Shown one piece after another: positions 43,591 to 48,895 of a stretch of 48,895 nt of DNA (position 1 is its first letter; each line of letters begins with the position of its first letter). The DNA is taken from assembly GCA_012965955.1 (NCBI GenBank), contig DTRK01000283.1, forward strand, positions 1-48,895. Direction: 5' to 3'. Under the pieces are notes generated by a model. That model was given only the letters and a program-made list of their open reading frames with translations, was not told the DNA's origin and ran no database searches. The translations under genes and the position numbers were made by a program. This DNA comes from Flavobacteriales bacterium. GTDB taxonomy: Bacteria; Bacteroidota; Bacteroidia; NORP154.

Positions 43591-44589
43591 TCACAAGAAA
43601 CTAACTGAAGATTTTCGGGCCTCTGTAAAGACCTTGTAGCCCAACAGAATCTCATGGCTGCCCGTGGAATACTGCTTTAGCTCTGAAAGTGTCACATCAT
43701 ATGAATATCCAATATTTATTTTATCCTTGATATTATAGCCCGCTATAATTACCAACGCATCATTTGTTCTATATGACAATCCTCCCCACATTTGCTCCTT
43801 GAAGTTCACCTTTATATTAAAATCCAACGTTAAAGGAGCTGGACTCATGTATTTTAACATTAGGCTAGGAGTTATGTTGAGGTCATTTTTTAGATAGAAC
43901 TTATATCCACCCGTTACAAAGTGGTGAATGTTGACTTTAGTTTCCGCAGGAATGTCAATGTCGCGAATGTGGTTTTGGAGGAGCTGTTCACTGGAATACC
44001 CAATGTAGAATTTGTCTGAAAAAACCCAGATGCCACTGTTCATGTCAAAGAACGACTTTCTCAATCCCATGGATACCAGGTAGTCGTATGTATTGTCATT
44101 GGGGTCTGCTACCTCAACTTTTTTCGCATTCATCTGCCATGCCGAAATACCTGCTCCAAGGCCTAAAGACATTCTTATCTCCTCAGTAATATTCAAGTGC
44201 AGGGCATACGATACATAACCAGCCGTATTTGTAAATGCCCCGTACGTATCTGAAACAATATATCCGCCAATGCCATGGCTGAGCAACTTCCTCCCACTCT
44301 TAACCTCTGTAAATCCAAGTCGACTAGATCTCAGACTGGAACCTTTGGTACCGCCTCCAATGGTTCCATCGATGCTGAAGTAGGAAGTCTTGGGCGCATC
44401 AGTGAATCCCGTCCATTGATCTCTGTAAGACAGTTTTAAGTTGACATTATTATTAACGCCTGAGGTAGCCGGGTTTAATAATATGGGATTGTGCAAATAC
44501 TGGCTGAACTGTGCCAGCTGTTGGCCACTCACCAGGTTAGCACTCGTTAAGATCGCCAGTAGTATTAATGTCTTTTTCCGTTGTTTCAT
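43591..44589 (-). CDS. PorP/SprF-family type IX secretion system outer-membrane protein
   Basis: 332-aa ORF with a signal peptide followed by QQLAQFSQYLHNPILLNPATSG...YRDQWTGFTDAPKT, the hallmark N-terminus of PorP/SprF. The remainder is beta-barrel-like. It starts 1 nt after the stop of the type B adhesin gene. Confidence 0.9.
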   Translation of the reverse strand: MKQRKKTLILLAILTSANLVSGQQLAQFSQYLHNPILLNPATSGVNNNVNLKLSYRDQWTGFTDAPKTSYFSIDGTIGGGTKGSSLRSSRLGFTEVKSGRKLLSHGIGGYIVSDTYGAFTNTAGYVSYALHLNITEEIRMSLGLGAGISAWQMNAKKVEVADPNDNTYDYLVSMGLRKSFFDMNSGIWVFSDKFYIGYSSEQLLQNHIRDIDIPAETKVNIHHFVTGGYKFYLKNDLNITPSLMLKYMSPAPLTLDFNIKVNFKEQMWGGLSYRTNDALVIIAGYNIKDKINIGYSYDVTLSELKQYSTGSHEILLGYKVFTEARKSSVSFL

Positions 44590-44590
44590 C

Positions 44591-47500
44591 TTATTTCATT
44601 ATGGTAACAGCACCAGTGACCGGATCACTGCCCTCGTGAAGATCAATTATGAAGAAATAGGATCCCATTGGCAGTTCCTTGCCTTGATAGGTTCCATCCC
44701 AGGGGTCTTCATATCCAATGGAGTTGAATATCATTTGGCCCCATCGGCCCATAATAGTTACCTCCACCTTAGGATAAAGAGACATATCTCCAATCGTCCA
44801 AAAATCATTGACCCCATCTCCATTTGGTGTAAACGCAGTGGCTGCGTCAATCATAGCGACCTTAATAATTACCGTATCTGTCACCGTACATCCCTCATTA
44901 TCTTCAATACCAATGATATATATACCCGCTGACAATCCTGTTGCAGTAGAGCTTGTATGTCCGCTGGACCACATATAAGTATAAGGTGCAACTCCTCCAA
45001 CAGCGGTAACAGAGCCCGAACCATCTGAATTGCCAATTGAAGCATTTTGAGCAGTTGTCGTAGACGTGACAGCGAGGTTCTCAGTAATTGAAGTGCCAAT
45101 CGCAGCATTGCACCCTTTCGAGTCTACTACATCTACTGACACCAGCCCTCCTGACAACCCAACGGCTACTGAAGTAGTTTGACCATCATCCCACAGATAT
45201 GTATAGGCGGGATTTCCTCCTGCAGCAACTACAATGGCTGTTCCATTGGATACTCCTCCGCACGTAACCGCCGTTTCTGACACACTTAGTGTTAACATCG
45301 CTGGTTCAGTCACGGTGATCATGTCAACCAATTGGCACCCATTATCATCTGTAACAGTAACACCATAAGTGCCTACACTCAAGGAAATAATCACAGGGTC
45401 AATTTGTCCCCCATCCCAGAGGTAGTCATACGGAGGCACACCACCCTGGGCAGAAATCGCGGCAGAGCCATCCTGGCCGCCATTGCAGCTTACTGCTGTG
45501 CCAGAGCCAATGCTCGTTAAGGCGGCCGGTTCAGATACGATCGCTGTATCAATACTTGTACAGCCATTGACGTCAGCTATCACTACACTGTATGTTCCAG
45601 CCGTTAAAGCCTGTGCAGTATCAGTTGTCTGTAAGGCAATATCATCCCACTGGAAGGTATATGGTGTACTTCCACCTGATCCCGCCCCAATGGCAAACCC
45701 ATCCGAACCTCCATTACAACTTACATCAACAGTTGCAATTGAGGCCACTAAAGGCGTTGTAGGTTCCATTACACTGGCAGAATCAATTCCAACACATCCA
45801 TTGAAGTCTGTAACCGTAACCGCATAAGTGCCAGAAGGCAACCCAGTTGCGGTAGAGTTGGTTTGACTGCTGCCATCATTCCACAAATAGGAATACGGGC
45901 CAGTTCCCCCAGATGCGACAACTGTTGTTGTTCCATCAGCACCTCCAGTACAGTTAGCATTAACGGCAGATGTAACCAACACCGGATTTGAATTAACTGT
46001 CATTGATATTGGTGCAGAAACCGCAGAGCAAAGGTTTGTATCTGTAACCTGAACAATGTATGCTCCCGTGCTTGTTACAGTTATAGTGCTGGTAATTTCT
46101 ACTGTGCTCCACAAATAAGTGACCCAGGATCCCGCCGACAAGCCCACGCTGTCTCCCTGACAGAATGATGTTGGGCCATTAGCCACAATAACCGGAACCG
46201 GCAATGGATTAACCAAAGTTGTCAGGGTGGTATCCTTTGTACAACCATTTCCATCAGTATATGAATACGTCACACTGTGCGTTCCCACACCGGCTACAGC
46301 AGGATCAAATGTGCTGCCAGAAACACCGGTTCCTGAGAATGTGCCTCCCAATGGAAAGCCCACTAAGTTGGCTGCCAATCCATCCACGCAATACTCCGCA
46401 CCTAGTCCCGAGAATGTAACTGCCGGCAGGGCAAGGACAACCACCGTTTGGGAAGTGCTATCACCACAGCCATACGCGTCCACAAACAAATATTGAACAA
46501 CATGAGCCCCAACACCTGCAACAACAGGGTCAAATGTGCTCCCACTCATGCCAGGTCCTGAGAACACTCCTCCCGCCGGCACTCCCGTTAGACTTGACGT
46601 CCCAGCGTCAACACAATAAGTAGCATTTAAGCCAGTAAAACTTGCAATGGGTTGTGAAACAACATTCGTTGTATCTGTTTGAAAGCTTGCACAGCTATTG
46701 CTATCTGAATAAGTATATGATATTACATGCATTCCTGTACCTGCGATAGAAGGGAAAAAGCTATTGCCACTTATTCCATTTCCGCTGAAGAAACCAGCAG
46801 CAGGTGTTCCACTAAGAACATCTCCACCTGCACTAACGCAATAGGCAGTGTCCAGGCCGGTGAACGTAACAACCGGCAATGCATTTACAACAGTATTAGT
46901 TTGAGCGCTATCTGTGCATCCATTCCCATCAGTGTATGTGTAAGTAATTGCATAACTTCCAATGCCTGCCGCCGCAGGGTCAAACGAAGATCCCGTAACA
47001 CCAGTACCTGTAAAAGTACCCCCCGGTATGAAGCCAACCAGATTAGCCGGACTTGCATCTACACAATAGCTGCTATCCAAGCCGGAAAACGTCACAGCAG
47101 GCAATGGATTTACCACTACAGATTGCAGCAAGCTATCTGTACAACCACCACCATCTGAATACACATACACAATGGAATGGGTACCCGTTCCGGCAACAGC
47201 CGGATCAAATACGTTTGATGTAATTCCAGGACCTGAGAAGGTTCCTCCAATTGGTGATCCTGTGAGTGTTTCTGTTGCTGCACTCACACAATAGGCGGCA
47301 GATAGTCCTGAAAATGACACTACGGGAAGTGGAGTTACTACTGTACCCTGTACCTGTGAGCCAGTACAGCCATTACCATCTGTATAAACATACGTAACAG
47401 TGTGTGAACCTGTATCTGCTACAGACGGCACAAATGCCCCTCCTGAGACGCCCGTTCCTGAGAATGTTCCTCCAAGAGGAGAGCCCACCAGCACTGCAGC

Positions 47501-48895
47501 CGCGTCATCAATGCAGTAGGTTGCGTTCAACCCAGTAAACGTAACAACAGGCAGGGCATTAACTGTTACCAACTTTGTAGAATCACTGGAACATCCGTTG
47601 CCATCTGAATACGCGTAGTTAATGCTATGCGTTCCCACCCCGGCTATCGCAGGGTCAAAGGTGCTGCCCGATATGCCCGGGCCGGTAAATACACCTCCCG
47701 ATGGAACTCCTGAAAGAGTAACCGCAACTGCATCTAAGCAATATGCCGTGTCAAGACCGGAAAATGTGACGAGAGGAAGCGTAGTGACATTGACAGACTG
47801 ATCGTCCGAATTGACACACCCATTTCCATCTGTATAAGTATAGGATATAACGTGAAGGCCATTGCCTGCAGTAGCCGGGGTGAAAGAGCTGCCACTCACT
47901 CCCGGGCCAGAAAACACGCCACCTGCTGGAAATCCCGTTAACAGGACAGGCACTACATCATCCCCACAGTAAGGCCCATTTAATCCACTGAAGCTAACTA
48001 TAGGAAGCCCAATAATTACGGTAGAGTCCAGAGCGGAGTTTGTGCACCCATTGCCATCGGTATAAGTATAAGTTATCACATTGGTGCCCACTGCTGCCAG
48101 GTCTGGAAAGAAATCATTGCCAACCACACCATTCCCTGAGAAAGCACCCCCCACAGGTGTTGGAGTCAATGGAACCGCATTTGTATCACTGATACAATAC
48201 GTAGCCCCTAGCCCGCTGTAACTTACTGTTGGCAAATTGGCAAACAGCACCACTACGGTAGCTGAGTCATCACAAACCCCATTCACTTCCCGCCATTCGA
48301 ATGTATAAGTGCCCACCATCGATACCGTGGCTGTAGCATTGGCTGTATTGGCATCTGGTACATAGGTCGCAGTGCCGGGTCCAGACTCAATGGTCCATGT
48401 GCCTGTGCCAACAGAAGCGAATGCCCCCAACGTATGGTCCAACGTTCCACAAACCGTATCTCCAGTTCCCGCATTAGCTGCCGGCTGTTCATAGAAGTCC
48501 ACCTGAACGTCATCAAAATCTGAGCAGGTTCCGTTGAGCTCCGTCCACCGGAAAAAATACGTGCCATACGCCGTTACAGTTGCCAATGCAGTAGGACTAT
48601 TAGCATTGGGAAAGTAGTTGGCTACACTTGGAGGAACTCCAACCTGAGTCCATGTACCAGTACCGAAAGTTGGAGCTGCCGAGAAAATAAAGTTCAAGTC
48701 GCACTCATTTCCGCCACTACCGGCATTAGCAACCGGTTGCTCATAATAATTAATTATAATCTCATCAAAATCCGAACAAGTGCCGTTCACTTCTGTCCAC
48801 CTGTAGGTATAAGTTCCATAGAGCGTTGCAGTAGCTGTAGCAGATGGACTGTTTGCATTTGGCGCATAACCCGTAGTTCCTGGTCCGGCAACTTG
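44591..48895 (-). CDS. Giant repeat adhesin with a type B T9SS (gliding motility-associated) C-terminal domain; 5'-truncated by the window edge (at least 1434 aa present)
   Basis: The frame stays open beyond the track's GTG at 48790 to the window end. From N to C it has three ~93-aa modules, nine 75-aa modules, one Ig-like module and five SprB-type repeats. The tail reads FTPNGDGVNDFWTIGD...IMGRWGQMIFN...WDG...GSYFFIIDL. Confidence 0.92.
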   Translation of the reverse strand, partial: QVAGPGTTGYAPNANSPSATATATLYGTYTYRWTEVNGTCSDFDEIIINYYEQPVANAGSGGNECDLNFIFSAAPTFGTGTWTQVGVPPSVANYFPNANSPTALATVTAYGTYFFRWTELNGTCSDFDDVQVDFYEQPAANAGTGDTVCGTLDHTLGAFASVGTGTWTIESGPGTATYVPDANTANATATVSMVGTYTFEWREVNGVCDDSATVVVLFANLPTVSYSGLGATYCISDTNAVPLTPTPVGGAFSGNGVVGNDFFPDLAAVGTNVITYTYTDGNGCTNSALDSTVIIGLPIVSFSGLNGPYCGDDVVPVLLTGFPAGGVFSGPGVSGSSFTPATAGNGLHVISYTYTDGNGCVNSDDQSVNVTTLPLVTFSGLDTAYCLDAVAVTLSGVPSGGVFTGPGISGSTFDPAIAGVGTHSINYAYSDGNGCSSDSTKLVTVNALPVVTFTGLNATYCIDDAAAVLVGSPLGGTFSGTGVSGGAFVPSVADTGSHTVTYVYTDGNGCTGSQVQGTVVTPLPVVSFSGLSAAYCVSAATETLTGSPIGGTFSGPGITSNVFDPAVAGTGTHSIVYVYSDGGGCTDSLLQSVVVNPLPAVTFSGLDSSYCVDASPANLVGFIPGGTFTGTGVTGSSFDPAAAGIGSYAITYTYTDGNGCTDSAQTNTVVNALPVVTFTGLDTAYCVSAGGDVLSGTPAAGFFSGNGISGNSFFPSIAGTGMHVISYTYSDSNSCASFQTDTTNVVSQPIASFTGLNATYCVDAGTSSLTGVPAGGVFSGPGMSGSTFDPVVAGVGAHVVQYLFVDAYGCGDSTSQTVVVLALPAVTFSGLGAEYCVDGLAANLVGFPLGGTFSGTGVSGSTFDPAVAGVGTHSVTYSYTDGNGCTKDTTLTTLVNPLPVPVIVANGPTSFCQGDSVGLSAGSWVTYLWSTVEITSTITVTSTGAYIVQVTDTNLCSAVSAPISMTVNSNPVLVTSAVNANCTGGADGTTTVVASGGTGPYSYLWNDGSSQTNSTATGLPSGTYAVTVTDFNGCVGIDSASVMEPTTPLVASIATVDVSCNGGSDGFAIGAGSGGSTPYTFQWDDIALQTTDTAQALTAGTYSVVIADVNGCTSIDTAIVSEPAALTSIGSGTAVSCNGGQDGSAAISAQGGVPPYDYLWDGGQIDPVIISLSVGTYGVTVTDDNGCQLVDMITVTEPAMLTLSVSETAVTCGGVSNGTAIVVAAGGNPAYTYLWDDGQTTSVAVGLSGGLVSVDVVDSKGCNAAIGTSITENLAVTSTTTAQNASIGNSDGSGSVTAVGGVAPYTYMWSSGHTSSTATGLSAGIYIIGIEDNEGCTVTDTVIIKVAMIDAATAFTPNGDGVNDFWTIGDMSLYPKVEVTIMGRWGQMIFNSIGYEDPWDGTYQGKELPMGSYFFIIDLHEGSDPVTGAVTIMK
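44865..45975 (-). repeat. Five SprB-type repeats (about 79 aa): C.GG.DG......GG..PY.Y.W.DG......GL..G.Y.V.V.D.NGC
   Basis: Read from the translation, from NANCTGGADG... through ...NEGCTVTDTVIIKV. Confidence 0.8.
46200..48240 (-). repeat. Nine tandem 75-aa (225-bp) modules: LP.V.FSGL...YC.D......L.G.P.GG.FSG.GV.G..F.P..AG.G.H.I.Y.YTDGNGC
   Basis: There are nine consecutive units in the translation. The DNA shows matching diverged 225-bp periodicity, for example the ggrtcaaa... segments near 46300, 46527, 46978, 47201 and 47651. Confidence 0.85.
48241..48895 (-). repeat. N-proximal ~93-aa modules (two complete, one cut by the window edge): GTGTW...P.A..P.A.ATV...GTY.F.W.E.NG.C.D.D.V.V.FY..P.ANAG
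   Basis: Read from the translation, including the 35 codons upstream of the track ORF start. Confidence 0.7.

Noticed and set aside
45332-47158. Several plus-strand ORFs (62-143 aa) inside the giant adhesin gene
   Set aside because: They are antisense to a continuous ORF of at least 1434 codons with clear repeat and sorting-domain structure. Their translations are low-complexity. They arise because Gly/Thr/Val/Ser-rich repeats are poor in reverse-strand stops.
46200-48240. Regular 225-bp periodicity considered as a CRISPR or other non-coding array
   Set aside because: The units are diverged, and there are no short identical direct repeats separated by unique spacers. The whole region is one open reading frame encoding 75-aa protein modules.
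1-48895. Scan for mobile elements, prophage genes, toxin-antitoxin pairs, restriction-modification or other defence systems, and for a SiaD-like GGDEF protein
   Set aside because: I recognised no transposase, integrase, recombinase, phage structural, nuclease-methylase or GGDEF/EAL/HD-GYP motifs in any ORF, and no flanking inverted or direct repeats. The gene content is housekeeping plus surface proteins. This is a by-eye scan, so small or novel systems could have been missed.

Overview
This 48.9-kb chromosomal segment reads as a gliding member of the Bacteroidota. It carries gldD/gldE, a PorP/SprF gene, type A and type B T9SS C-terminal sorting domains, TAnnTTTG -7 boxes and A-rich leaders without Shine-Dalgarno sequences. 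I call 37 protein-coding genes. Three are not properly resolved by the ORF track: a ferritin fragment at the left edge, a 30-codon Lys/Arg-rich ORF, and prfB, which needs a programmed +1 frameshift. I found no rRNA, tRNA, CRISPR, transposase, integrase or recognisable defence genes. About two thirds of the window is housekeeping: fumC, prfB, recX, rng, HU, mutY, ssb, ctaA, rlmB, rmuC, a UvrD-type helicase, a UbiD-family decarboxylase and others. The accessory content is cell-surface biology. Four secreted proteins carry type A T9SS tails: a sphingomyelinase-C-like EEP enzyme, a purple-acid-phosphatase-like esterase, an M1 aminopeptidase fused to SprB repeats, and a CRTAC1/FG-GAP protein with Cys-module repeats. 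There is also a 5'-truncated adhesin of more than 1434 aa with a type B tail, followed by its sprF-like partner gene. The best candidate for an undescribed system is the four-gene operon at 37.8-43.5 kb. It encodes a SiaB-like kinase, a SiaC-like DUF1987 protein, a TPR/PD40/OmpA/SPOR envelope protein, and a periplasmic-TPR/TM/PP2C phosphatase. This looks like a Sia-type partner switch with no diguanylate cyclase output, lying convergent to the sprF/adhesin locus. All family calls come from motif recognition by eye; no database search, structure prediction or folding calculation was run.
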